Assembly (NCBI GenBank): GCA_965235115.1
Contig: OZ249436.1
Span: 45,262,001-45,326,000, forward strand
From: Laetmonice hystrix
Lineage: Eukaryota
DNA length: 64,000 nt
Reading direction: 5' to 3'
The notes beneath the pieces are model-generated. The model ran no database searches and had not been told where the DNA came from. It saw only the letters and a list, made by a program, of their open reading frames with translations. The position numbers and the translations under genes are program-made. Each line of letters opens with the position of its first letter. The first letter of the stretch is position 1. Positions 11,196 to 23,256 of the stretch are shown in pieces.

Positions 11196-12733
11196 AAATA
11201 TCTATCATACCGATTACACGTTCAGTCCATAGAGGTGTACTGACACTATACACAGGGCTGACACTGGTGACATGACTGTGGTGACATCTGGAGGGGAAGT
11301 CATGCAAAGATCAGCCGGTTTGTACACCTAGCGAGAGTCTGTGGAACTAACATGATATGAGATTGTTATTTATCGTTATATGTCACCACTGTGATATTGT
11401 CGGACGCATGTAGCCTGTATGCAGACGACAGATTATAACGAAGACAAGCCTGGTTCCACAAGGTCGGGCATTTAGCGTAACCTGGAACAACTGTCGTATG
11501 ATGTAGGCCTATCCACCAATCTAATTAAATTAGATCTTGGTATTCCGCGTCTCCCTCGGCTGTGTCAGTGCTGCCGCGCTCCATACCTAGATCTCAGGAC
11601 ATCCCATTAGGGGTCACCTCAGGTTAACCTCTGGATTCGAAGGCCTACGAAATCTTCGGTGTGCGCTCGTAGGCATTTTAACGGCACTTTGACTGGCTCC
11701 GTTATCTGGTTCCTGACTCTCGCGCTAGGTGGTTCTCTGGTTGACGGGTCGACCACAGAGCCACCTAGCGAGGAGCGGGGAACCATCTCAGTCGACGCTT
11801 AGCCAAGATGTTCGGCGACTTCACACAGGAGGGCGCAGCGGTCGCCTTCAGTTCAGCTCCAGTTTTGGACTTTAAAAAACGAAGTTTGGAGATAAGCGGC
11901 TATATAAATGAGACCGCACAGATAGTGTATCATATACCTTCAGCAGAGGTGGGCGTTTTTTTGAGAGGCATGTGCTACAGCTTGCTGTGTGCAAGGCCAG
12001 GTTTCACCAAGTCCTGTATAGATCTAGCCCAACGTCACGCTCAGCAGTGACCAACAAAGGACGACAGAGGTAGGCCAAGTATTTTATGAACACTATCGTA
12101 TAGGCCTACAAACGGCGGATAGTAGGCCTATGTACATGTGCACTCCGCTGTCTGGCACAGATCTAGACATAGGCCTACTGCTACCACTGATGCCTTGTCT
12201 TAACTTGTGCTACTGTATATAAATCCAGTGTTTGTCCAGTAGCTAGATCTCTTTGTCTCCTTAGCCTAGGCCTTACATTTATACTGCCACCGCATGGTGG
12301 TTTTTGCAAAAATCGGGTTGCTTTAAAATTTGAATGGCTCTGCAATAACGTCGACTGATCATAGAATGTATAGATTGCTTGGAAGGGGTAACATCTTATT
12401 TTATGATTTTATAACAGATAAATAGCAAAATACGAGAAAATAGTAATGCTACTCCGAGAGTTGAACTGCATTTTCACACGAACATCAAATAGTTTTTATA
12501 ATGGCCAGTGAATTTATCATTTTATATATAAGCCTACGAGGTTCCATCAGCAGACGTAAGAGTTGATATCGCCTTTTTCTTAGATATGCGGCACGATGGA
12601 CAGCCCCTCCTAGTCACATAGATGAGGATTTATTTATTTATTTATTATATTTAGGGGCTGGGTGGTTGATAAACATTCCTTTGATCCCTATAAAATCAAT
12701 AACAATCAGATGAACCCCAAGCTGATTGGAGCT

Positions 12734-14670
12734 GACCCAACCTGTGAGCCGATCCGGGATCATTCCCTGGGTGGTGAGAATTGACCTGATTTTAACTGAC
12801 TCAACCTGTGAGCCGATCTGAGATCATTCCATGGCTGGTGGGAATTGACCTGATTGTAACTGACCCAACCTGTGAGCCGATCTGAGATCATTCCATGACT
12901 GGTGGGAATTGACCTGATTGTAACTGACCCAACCTGTGAGCCGATCCTAGATCATTCTCTGGCTGGTGGGAATTGACCTGATTGTAACTGACCCAACCTG
13001 TGAGCCGATCCTAGATCATTCTCTGGCTGGTGAGAATTGACCTGATTGTAACTGACCCAACCTGTGAGCCAATCCGAGATCATTCCATGACTGGTGGGAA
13101 TTGACCTGATTGTAACTGACCCAACCTGTGAGCCGATCTGAGATCACCGAGATCATTCCCTGGCTGGTGGGAATTGACCTGATTGGAACTGACCCAACCT
13201 GTGAGCCGATCTGAGATCACCGAGATCATTCCCTGGCTGGTAAGAATTGATCTGATTGTAATTGACCCAACCTGTCAGCCGATCCGAGATCATTCCCTTG
13301 CTGGTGAGAATTGACCTGATTGTAACTGACCCAACCTGTGAGCCGATCTGAGATCATTCCCTGGCTGGTGAGAATTGACCTGATTGTAACTGACCCAACC
13401 TGTGAGCCGATCTGAGATCATTCCATGACTGGTGGGAATTGACCTGATTGTAACTGACCCAACCTGTGAGCCGATCTGAGATCATTCCCTGGCTGGTGGG
13501 AATTGACCTGATTGTAACTGACCCAACCTGTGAGCCGATCATAGATCATTCTCTGGCTGGTGAGAATTGACCTGATTGTAACTGACCCAACCTGTGAGCC
13601 GATAATAGATCATTCTCTGGCTGGTGAGAATTGACCTGATTGTAACTGACCCAACCTGTGAGCCGATCCGAGATCATTCTCTGGCTGGTGAGAATTGACC
13701 TGATTGTAACTGACCCAACCTGTGAGCCGATCTGAGATCATTCTCTGGCTGGTGAGAATTGACCTGATTGTAACTGACCCAACCTGTGAGCCGATCTGAG
13801 ATCATTCTCTGTGTGGTGAGAATTGACCTGATTGTAACTGACCCAACCTGTGAGCCGATCTGAGATCATTCCCTGGCTGGTAAGAATTGACCTGATTGTA
13901 ACTGACCCAACCTGTGAGCCGATCCGAGATCATTCTCTGTGTGGTGAGAATTGACCTGATTGTAACTGACCCAACCTGTGAGCCGATCTGAGATCATTCC
14001 ATGACTGGTGGGAATTGACCTGATTGTAACTGACCCAACCTGTCAGCCGATCTGAGATCATTCTCTGGCTGGTGAGAATTGACCTGATTGTAACTGACCC
14101 AACCTGTGAGCCGATCCGAGATCATTCCCTGGCTGGTGGGAATTGACCTGATTGTAACTGACCCAACCTGTGAGCCGATCCGGGATCATTCCCTGGCTGG
14201 TGAGAATTGACCTGATTGTAACTGACCCAACCTGTGAGCCGATCTGAGATCATTCCCTGGCTGGTGAGAATTGACCTGATTGTAACTGACCCAACCTGTG
14301 AGCCGATCCGAGATCATTCCCTGGCTGGTGAGAATTGACCTGATTGTAACTGACCCAACCTGTGAGCCGATCCGAGATCATTCCCTGGCTGGTGGGAATT
14401 GACCTGATTGTAACTGACCCAACCTGTGAGCCGATCTGAGATCATTCTCTGGCTGGTGAGAATTGACCTGATTGTAACTGACCCAACCTGTGAGCCGATC
14501 TGAGATCATTCTCTGGCTGGTGAGAATTGACCTGATTGTAACTGACCCAACCTGTGAGCCGATCTGAGATCAGTGAGATCATTCCCTGGCTGGTAAGGAT
14601 TGATCTGATTGTAACTGACCCAACCTGTGAGCCGATCATAGATCATTTTCTGGCTGGTGAGAATTGACCT
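12734..14670. repeat. 64-bp minisatellite, ~30 copies
   Basis: Unit GAATTGACCTGATTGTAACTGACCCAACCTGTGAGCCGATCTGAGATCATTCCCTGGCTGGTGA. A few units carry a 9-bp internal duplication. Confidence 0.97.
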
Positions 14671-16959
14671 GCCCAGCTGAGGAGGGGGCGAATTCAGCAC
14701 AGAGCTACCAGAACAAAAAATACGAAAAAATGGCAACTCAACATGAAATGAATCTTGAAAAATTTAGGGACACCCTTGGCCAACGGAGGGGGGGGGGGGG
14801 GGGGGGGGGTCGTTCGCGCCCTCCGACCCCCCTGGGGATTCCTATGCTAGTCTAACCCTGCCCCTAACGCTAACCCTAGCCCAATTACGTGTTAATGTTA
14901 TCATGGGGAGATAGCCTCAGGTGTCTGGGGGTACAGGTCATTGAAGCCTGCCATGGACAGGCAGCCATGGACAGGCAGCCACGGACAGGCAGCCTGGCTC
15001 TCTCTCAGCCCAGCCCCGTCAATATGTCATTGATCTACGTAACTCTGCCGATACTTCACTTGGAATCCAACCTCAGGGAATCTCACCCAGTGGTAGTCAC
15101 GTAATTGTGAGCTCCACACCGTGGCCAATTTCCAGCCTTTGAACTTGAACTTCAGGTAGGATGCAGAGCTCTGCCAGAGATACGAGCTACGAGGGCTACG
15201 AGAACAAACGTCCAACCCGCAGGATGAATGTGCACCCGCACCTCTTCCATCATTTCAAATAAAGATTGCCTTTACCTTCAGCTACTGAGCCCAATGAACT
15301 TACTTGGTGTTCCTCTAAGCAACAGATTCGGCCCATTTTCCAAACCAAGCGACCACTTTCCATAGTCTTACAACTGGCGCCATTTTTTTAAACCCACATC
15401 CGGGATCAAGCTCACGAAGGGAATAGTCATTTCAGACGTTGGCTATTAGTTTGGCGCCATAATGGAGGAATTGCTGTTTGGTCTAGAATAATGAATGCTC
15501 CCCTGATGGTCGCCAGTGCGCATGTTTTGAACATGCGCAGTAGAACAAACAGTATGGCGGCTAACGGCAGTGAACCAGCGCGATTCGGAATTTCGAAAGT
15601 CTGATTTATTAAAACTTTGGGCAAAAATCCTCGGAAAAGTGTGCAGCAGAGGAACAGAAGATGGGCTGCGTTAGAATTGACACCTCAACTGCAGAAGTTA
15701 CGATGGATTTTGCACAGCGAGTGATTGACATAGGAGGTAGGGTTTTTCGCGTTAGCGGTGTCCGTCCCTACTGAGACGATACTCCGTCTATGCCAGAGAC
15801 TGCTAATTATAATACTAATTAAGGAATGGGAAAGTTAATTAAGGAGGAAGTTCAATCAAATGATGCTTGTCGAACTTTACTTAAAAGGAATCACTTACTT
15901 TAGACCTCTCCGTATACCTCCCCGGCTCTTGAGGTATCACACCTCATCTTTGTTTGAATCCCCTTCCAGACAGTTCTTCAGTTACCTGCTTCCAGGTTGA
16001 TACTCTCGGTTCTCTGGTTTAACGGTAAACCAACCACCTCAGTATGACCCTAGCTGTTACTGTGGCGGAAACCGCCATCCAAAACAAAAATCCTAATAAT
16101 CAAAGCCGAGGGATTATGCCAAGGTAAGCGAGGGCCGCACAAAGCCACGAATTGCTATAGGCAGCACAGTCTGCTTGTCAAAAAGGGTAGGCCTCTACTG
16201 TACTTTATCCAGAATTAATAAAGGAAGCTGGCCGTCTTATCCCCGGTATGGTTCTGGAGGCTTATAATATGGTACCCGTGATTGTTCGATAAGAGCATAT
16301 TCCTCTCCTGACTCCTCGGAAACGACCTTTAGCATACGAGGAAGCCTCTCGAATAACGGATGGCAATTAATTAGACGGACGATCACAGCTCCAGCTGGGG
16401 TACGGCGGGTGTGATTGGAAGCGGGGGTTCCGCTGGTCATAGTGTTCACACCATGCACGATCTCACACGATCAGACAGGAATGAATGATCTAACCTGAAC
16501 GTTATCATGGTTACGTCCACCCAGATTTCCATCTATTTTTGTTTAGGCATCACTCATGTTTAATGGATAGTGTTGGCACACGATCACGATCACGTTGTTC
16601 TTTAGAATTACTCCTTCTTGAGTGTTTTAGGAATCACGAAACGTCTGCTGATGTGTCTGGTGAGGTGCATCACGGAATGATTTATATGCGAAAACGCTCT
16701 TCTGAACGTCACGTGACACCCGGCGTGGAAAGAAGGTTTCTGTGTGACCGGAAGGAGAGTGTCCTAGTGGACCGGAAACCACGGACAGAGGAGAGTGTAG
16801 ACATCAAAGAAGTCGCTCGACGAGAGAGTTTGATCGTCCTGGTCTCTGATCTTCTTGTGCACATCGATGTCTGGACAATGGTGATACACCAATGAGGAAC
16901 CACGGACATGAGTTTGCTAGAGAACGCAGGGATGGATGTAGAGGGATAGGGATATAGTC

Positions 16960-17056
16960 TAGAGAGAGAGGAGAGGGAGAAAGAGGAGAGGGAGGGATAG
17001 AGAGAGAGAGACAGAGAGAGAGAGAGAGACAGAGAGGGGGCATGGGAGAGAGAGAG
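16960..17056. repeat. Degenerate (GA)n polypurine tract
   Basis: Direct reading. Confidence 0.9.
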
Positions 17057-17098
17057 TAGGGCTATGGAAAAATGTATAAGGGGCAGGGCCGGATCCAG

Positions 17099-17237
17099 GG
17101 GGGTGTTTCAATAAGCGCGTCGGACCGTCCTACCGGCGACGGACCAAAAATTGCAGGCCCTACAACCAAGCGCCGGACTGTCCGTCGCCAGTCCCACGGA
17201 CGGTCGGACGGTCCGACGCGCTTATTGAAACACCCTC
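17099..17237. mobile_element. 139-bp Harbinger-like MITE nested in the end of a CAGGGCCGGATCCAGG element
   Basis: ~30-bp TIR GGGTGTTTCAATAAGCGCGTCGGACCGTCC; CAG on both sides (17096-98, 17238-40). Excision restores CAGGGCCGGATCCAGGATT. Confidence 0.85.
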
Positions 17238-17883
17238 CAGGATTCTTCGAAAGGGGGGGGGGGCGTAGCCCCTGGAGAAGATTGCGAGCGCCGAAGGCGC
17301 AAAGCCCCAGGGGAGAGGGGGTCTGGGGGATCTCCCCCAGAAAAATTAGAAAATTCATGTTTGTCAGATGCATTTTCCCGGCATGATGTCAGTGTATCGA
17401 CTATGCCAGTCGGCGCGTTTTGTTTATATGTGGCGTCGTATGCAAATTAGCAGCGAGTTCATCCTGAAAGGAGCCATGCATGGTTCATCCGCGTTCCGTT
17501 GGTGGCGCCACATATTATACCCCGACGCCGTGCCTGTTAGGGAGCAACTTTGGCGCTGTGTCACCGGGCAGGCTGCCGCCGTCACGTGTGACGCCTAGGC
17601 CAATCAGCAGCCATGTATGAACTCGCCGTTTCAGAAATCTAAGCTACTTCCCAGTTACCGGCCCATTTGACCAGCAAGATGGCGTCGGTCGTCATAACCC
17701 TAGATTTCATAATTTTCATTAATATCTTATAATAGAAATTATTTACAATAACAATTTATGAATGGTCGTTGCACTTTTAGTCCCGCAGACAACATATCCA
17801 AATCCAAGGTTTGGGTTGTGGCTACAAAATGCTTATATCTTATCATAAATAAGGTGGTTGGCGCGGGACACCACTCTGGAGGT

Positions 17884-17910
17884 CCAGCGCCACCTCGGTA
17901 CTATATAAAG
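17884..17910 (+). promoter_or_regulatory. TATA box with upstream CAGCGCCACCT (CTCF-like) motif
   Basis: TATATAAAG at 17902-17910, ~30 bp before the start of the conserved structured segment. Confidence 0.5.
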
Positions 17911-17933
17911 CCCGCTCTACCATTGGTATTATG

Positions 17934-18289
17934 TAGTGAACGGTCACGTCTGAAAGTATCGCTTAGATAGACTCGGGTCTGTCTCCCATGAACTGGCTGA
18001 TGGGTCGGAAGGTTCACGTTCGGTCGTAGTCTGGCAACACGTGCTGATGGTCAAACACTGACAGTATGATGAGTCACTTAGTGTCCACTTGGAGCCGGGA
18101 GGGTGCAAGGCTGAGAAAAGTGCGACATGACTCTTCTAAAGGGATGTAGCAACACAACCCGTTCCCCGTCAGTGGGTCGATCTGTGGCACAGTTCCGTAT
18201 GGCGGCTATCATTGGGTTATCACGTGTTGTCTCAGACGCCAGATCTTCGAACGGTAGGATGAACGTATCTAGTCGACTAAGACCAAGTT
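17934..18289 (+). ncRNA. Candidate large structured ncRNA, diverged solo copy
   Basis: Homologous to the array copies through anchors GTCRCGTCTGWAAGT, CGTAGTCT, TGCTGMTGGTMAAA, TGGGKTATCAYGYGTTGT, AGACGCCAG and GTYGACTAWGACCAAGTT. Helices are conserved through covariation. Confidence 0.65.
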
Positions 18290-18764
18290 CCCTTTAAAAA
18301 AAAAATTCTCCTCTGAAACTTTTAATAACTCATATAATTGACAAGTGATGCCGAGGTCAGCCTAATAAAGCAGATGATGCTTTTAGACAGGAAGTTGTTT
18401 CACTGAAAAGCTGAACGTCTTTGACCGAGTCGGTCGTAAGGCACGTCAGCTGAACGACCCCCCCCCCCCCCTCCATCCCCACCACCTCATGGCGGCCTAC
18501 CCAAGGTTTTTTTTGTGCAAAGCTCGTGACGACAGAGCAGGATTGATTATGAGAAGTGTGTGGTTGTGAATGTTTTAAGTTGTGAACGTGATGTCCTAAT
18601 GTTGGCAGGTATCAGATATTCTCAAACAGAGAGTGTACTCAAAAGGTCAGATACCATAAGTATATTTTAAGTTTCCTTCGGTACAACTTATACATGTCCA
18701 TAATATCATGCTGATGACCGCCATCAATGCGAAAACTAATTGAAGAGCAATGCGTCCTTGATAA

Positions 18765-19015
18765 AGGGTGACCCAGCGAAATTCAGGGTGGGAGTTTACA
18801 TAGTACTTCTAACTACTATTCGTAATAATTAATTTCAACCTTTTTCTGCACACAGGTATGTGTGTGTACACATTCACCACATAGGAGCATTCGGTCACGA
18901 CATTAGTAGGCCTACTCCCTTTGCTCCCCAAAATGAATTCTGATTGTAAGAAGTATCTCAAGCGTCTTTTATATGCAGGTTAAATATTTCATCCTGAATT
19001 TTGCTGGGTCACCCT
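18765..19015. mobile_element. MITE with Tc1/mariner-like AGGGTG ends
   Basis: 23-bp TIR AGGGTGACCCAGCRAAATTCAGG with one mismatch; TSD not clean. Confidence 0.75.
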
Positions 19016-19515
19016 ACATCTCACTCACGAGTCTGGGCTTTCACACATCGAATTGTTGGTGAATTAAACCCTCCTGTTTTGAATACAGGGCGTGGGACCA
19101 CCGGGCCTAGGCCTATAATATCATTCTGACAGGAGGCTGCCTGATGAGAGAATGATGACTTTTTCAATGCTGTAATTATTGAGGAAGGGGAAGAATCCTT
19201 GCATCACGAGAATCAGCTGTTGGAAAGGTTCTCCTTATATCTACTCCACCATTTTACAGCCAACTTGTGATGTTCCCGCATACTGTGGTCTCTTCAGGAA
19301 GTTCATCTTTCCTTGAAGTCTCGAATTCCCCGGCTTCAGTGAGGTCAATGCCCGAACAATTCCCCAGGAATGGCAGCTTTTGATTGAAGTAAAAGGATCC
19401 AATTTTGCTGTTACTTGCTTTGAACATGAACGATATCGGGCCTTCCATAGCCTAAAACTGTTGGGACCTGCAACCTTTGACCCCAAGTCCGTCTCTCCAT
19501 TCATATGACCTCGAG

Positions 19516-19603
19516 TAGTGACGTTAGGTTGTGACGTTAAGTTGTGACGTTAAGTTGTGACGTTAAGTAGTGACGTTAAGTAGTGACGTTAAGTAGTGAC
19601 GTT
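19516..19603. repeat. 13-bp tandem repeat (GTGACGTTAAGTW) x~7
   Basis: Direct reading. Confidence 0.92.
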
Positions 19604-20546
19604 GTGAGGGGTTGATAGGGGGTTTTGCGGCTGAATATCCCCACTGCCTTATCATCTGCAGTCATTATGACCAGACTGCGTTTCATACAAGCAGCTGGGG
19701 TTTTATCATTACAGGGACACAGACAGACTGGTCGAGTCCCACAGGGCGACAAGGCGGCGTTAGCAGCTCAGGACAGATTATTGTCCTATCGGTGATGTTG
19801 ACTAAAAGTACCGACCCAATTGTAGCGTGGTGGGGCAACGCTTCGTGCAGACTAGTCGTTAAGGGTGGTTCCGTTCCTCTGATTGGTCAGACGTGTCGAC
19901 CAATCAGAATGTCGGCCGCAGGTCAATGTCTAGTTATTTTTAGCCTCAGGAAAAACCCCAGATACATTGGTTCGTGAAACATTACAAGAACCGACGTTTT
20001 CCTTTTCTGGACATTATTCTTTATTGACTTGAATATGCCTTTATAATTAATTGAAGATATGGAACATAATAACATTTATACTAAATATCAAGGGGCGAAT
20101 CGACTAAGCCGATTTTCCTTGCGACATCCTTGAAATTTTTAGTTTAGGGGCTTACAGGTGATATTTTACTCCATATGTTTTCCTGGCTATTATTTCCTAA
20201 TGCCTTCAATCTCAACATCACAGTGAAATAAAAAGGAGGCGTGAGAATCACATGGACAGCTTGTTTATTTTACACGGAGAGAAGGTGTTTGACATCAGTG
20301 CATCCTTGAACGACTTCTGTACACAACCGAGATGAACCCGACCAGACTTACTTCTCCTGTTACATGTTGCTCTCATTATTGCTCGCTGGTCCGCGTAACA
20401 AATACAGAAACGGAATAACACAACAGTTCTAAATACATGGGTAGTATATTGTGTCATTATTTGAATTATCTGAGTGAAAGGGTATTGAAAAGAAAGATTT
20501 CACGGAAAGCTAATGTTTGAACATGTGAACATATTTGTTGGGCAAT

Positions 20547-21383
20547 CTGTCTGGTCTGTGACTGGCCTGTGACTGGTCTATGACTGGTCTGTGACTGGTC
20601 TGTGACTGATCTGTGACTGGTCTGTGACTGGCATGTGACTGGTCTGTTACAGGGCTATGACTGACTTGTGACTGGTCTGGTCTGTGACTGGTCTGTGACC
20701 GGCCTGTGACTGGCCTGTGACTGGCCTGTGACTAGCATGTGACTGGTCTGTTACAGGGCTATGACTGGCCTGTGACTGGTCTGGTCTGTGACTGGTCTGT
20801 GACCGGCCTGTGACTGTGACTGGTCTGTGACTGGCCTGTGACTAGCATGTGACTGGTCTGTAACTGGTCTGTGGCAGGGCTATGACTGGCCTGTGACTGG
20901 TCTGGTCTGTGACTGGTCTGTGACCGGCCTGTGACTGGTCTGTGACTGGCCTGTAATTGGTCTGTGACTGGTCTGTGATTGGCCTGTAATTGGTCTGTGA
21001 CTGGTCTGTGACTGACCTGTAACTGGCCTGTGACTGGTCTGTGACTGACCTGTAACTGGTCTGTGACTGGTCTGTGACTGACCTGTAACTGGCCTGTGAC
21101 TGGTCTGTGACTGGCCTGTGACTGGCCTGTAATTGGTCTGTGACTGGTCTGTGACTGACCTGTAACTGGCCTGTGACTGGTCTGTGACTGACCTGTAACT
21201 GGCCTGTGACTGGTCTGTGACTGGCCTGTAATTGGTCTGTGACTGGCCTGTGACTGGCCTGTATCTGGTCTGTGTCTGGTCTGTGACTGGTCTGTGACTG
21301 GTCTGTGACTGGCCTGTGACTGGCCTGTGACTGGTCTGTGACTGGCCTGTGACTGGTCTGTGACTGGCCTGTGACTGGCCTGT
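20547..21383. repeat. 11-bp minisatellite CTGGYCTGTGA, ~75 copies
   Basis: Direct reading; source of the SHRPVTDQ-type ORFs. Confidence 0.96.
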
Positions 21384-21669
21384 CACATACATTCGTTCTC
21401 TCTGATCGTGTCTGAGGTTGTTGATTTAGGGGCGGCCCACCAGGCCCCCTCGGGAAGACCTCCATCACGTTTACACCGTCCACTGACTCGGTAATGTCCT
21501 CAGTATGTGAGAGACTGCGACCTGTAACTCTAGTGGGCTCACAAACAGATGGTTCCACAGCTAGTTAATGGTTCAGTCGATGTTTTATTACTCAGACAAC
21601 GTTAGCAATGTAAACATCGTCTGTCTGTACGTCTGTGCAATCAGGCTGGTTCTGGCTTTACTGAAATAC

Positions 21670-21886
21670 GGGGCGTACCATTGGATATCACGGTAGACGG
21701 GTGGCTATGGTTTTCATTATACCGCAAACTTTTCAAACTGCCCTTTTTTCATTCCCAATAGCAAAGAAGAATTTCTCATTGTGCGTTTTTATTTTCTTAA
21801 TGGTGAGAGCAAACCTTTTTGCACCATAGAAAATAATAATAAAACAATAAAATAGAAAAACGCCTCGGTATCTAATGGTCTCCCCA
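21670..21886. mobile_element. Decayed MITE related to 28395-28664
   Basis: Ends GGGGCGTACCATTGGATA / TATCTAATGGTCTCCCC; shares subterminal GGCTATGG with the other copy. Confidence 0.5.
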
Positions 21887-22666
21887 GGGACTGCCGAGCT
21901 GTTGGGGAAATCTTACGGCAAAGTTTGAGAGCAGGGATGTGGGATGGAACGGGCCGGTCTCCATCCTAAAGTTAATGTGTTCTGTCTACGTGATTATAAA
22001 ACTCAATCCAGTAGTTGTTCAAAGAAAGGTTCATGATAAGCCTTTGTCTATGGAGAAGGTGATAGAATGTGTTTCGGAACATTTGAAAGTCTGCTTCCTC
22101 TGTGTCTTTCCTCCTAATTAGGAGAATTCAGCTGGGAAATTCTGCAAATAGAATAAAGCTGAATAATTCACTAACGTGTCTGTTTGTGCTAATGATTATG
22201 ATCGATATCAAAATGAAATTGCATGTTATTCCATTCTTCATGGTTCCAGGGCAGTGAATTTATACTTAGATTTAATATTGTAAATGAATCTCCCAGGGTT
22301 GCCAACAGTAAAACTTTTATTTCGCTGCATGCGTTTATTAAATTCAGTTTTGGGAGTCGCCTATCATTTATGCATCTCTCGTTTCCAGCAATATGTGTAA
22401 TTTGGCGTATATAAATTTAAAACACCATTATACTATATTTGCATACCTTTTTTTGGATCGAATTACAAAGTGTGATAAAATAGAAAGTTACTGAGCGTGA
22501 ATTATCATCGACCACACGACCCTTGACGTGTTTGGAGATAGCAACTTCTGTAACATTTAAAAATATTACACTATCCCGAATAATGAAATGGCTAGACTTT
22601 AGAATTACGGATTCCGCACGCTTCGGGCACGGCGAGCTGTATCTCCAACCCTAGAATAACGGTTAA

Positions 22667-22912
22667 GGGTCCGAGTGTGACGGGTCCCAGCGTGACGGGT
22701 CCGAGTGTGACGGGTCCCAGCGTGACGGGTCCGTGGGTGACGGGTCCCAGCGTGACGGGTCCGAGTGTGACGGGTCCCAGCGTGACGGGTCCGAGTGTGA
22801 CGAGGCCCAGCGTGGCGGGTCCCAGCGAGACGGGTCCGGGTGTGACGGGTCCGAGTGTGACGGGTCCCAGCGTGATGGGTCCGAGTGTGACGGGTCCCAG
22901 CGTGACGGGTCC
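22667..22912. repeat. 15-bp repeat with alternating variants (30-bp dimer)
   Basis: GGGTCCGAGTGTGAC alternates with GGGTCCCAGCGTGAC. Confidence 0.95.
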
Positions 22913-23256
22913 CCAACCTCCCGGTCCCCAGTCCCAGTCCCCAGCCGTGCCCCAGTGGTATAATCACGACCCCGACCGACAACCCTCTCACCCCTTCAGA
23001 CGGCACAGTCAAGGCGTCCGCCGAGGTGTACAGCACACCAACTGCATGGACTCGGGCCAGATAAGATAAGTAATACTTCTTCCGGACAGTTGATCACGGA
23101 TATACGAACAATACATCGCGCTGGAGGTCCGGTTCTTCCGGCAAGGTAGCATTTCCGTGACAGTAGGGTAGGGGTTAAAGACAGGGGCAGGGCTATAGAG
23201 ATAGGGGAGGCCTGGGGGCCGGGGTTTAGAGATAGGGGGAGAGGTCTGGGGGCCAC

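Noticed and set aside
12734..14670. CRISPR-like regularity in this and the other 29-68-bp arrays
   Set aside because: Units are head-to-tail with no unique spacers, there are no cas genes, and the context is eukaryotic.
17934..18289. Assignment as RNase P, telomerase RNA or 7SK
   Set aside because: Only the GUCUGA/UCAGAC pair resembles RNase P P4. There is no GGAAR CR-I context, no telomeric template and no 7SK-type termini. Left unassigned pending an Rfam search.
21930..22141. Minus-strand coding exon after a strong TTTATTCTATTTGCAG acceptor
   Set aside because: All three frames hit a stop within ~30 nt of the acceptor.
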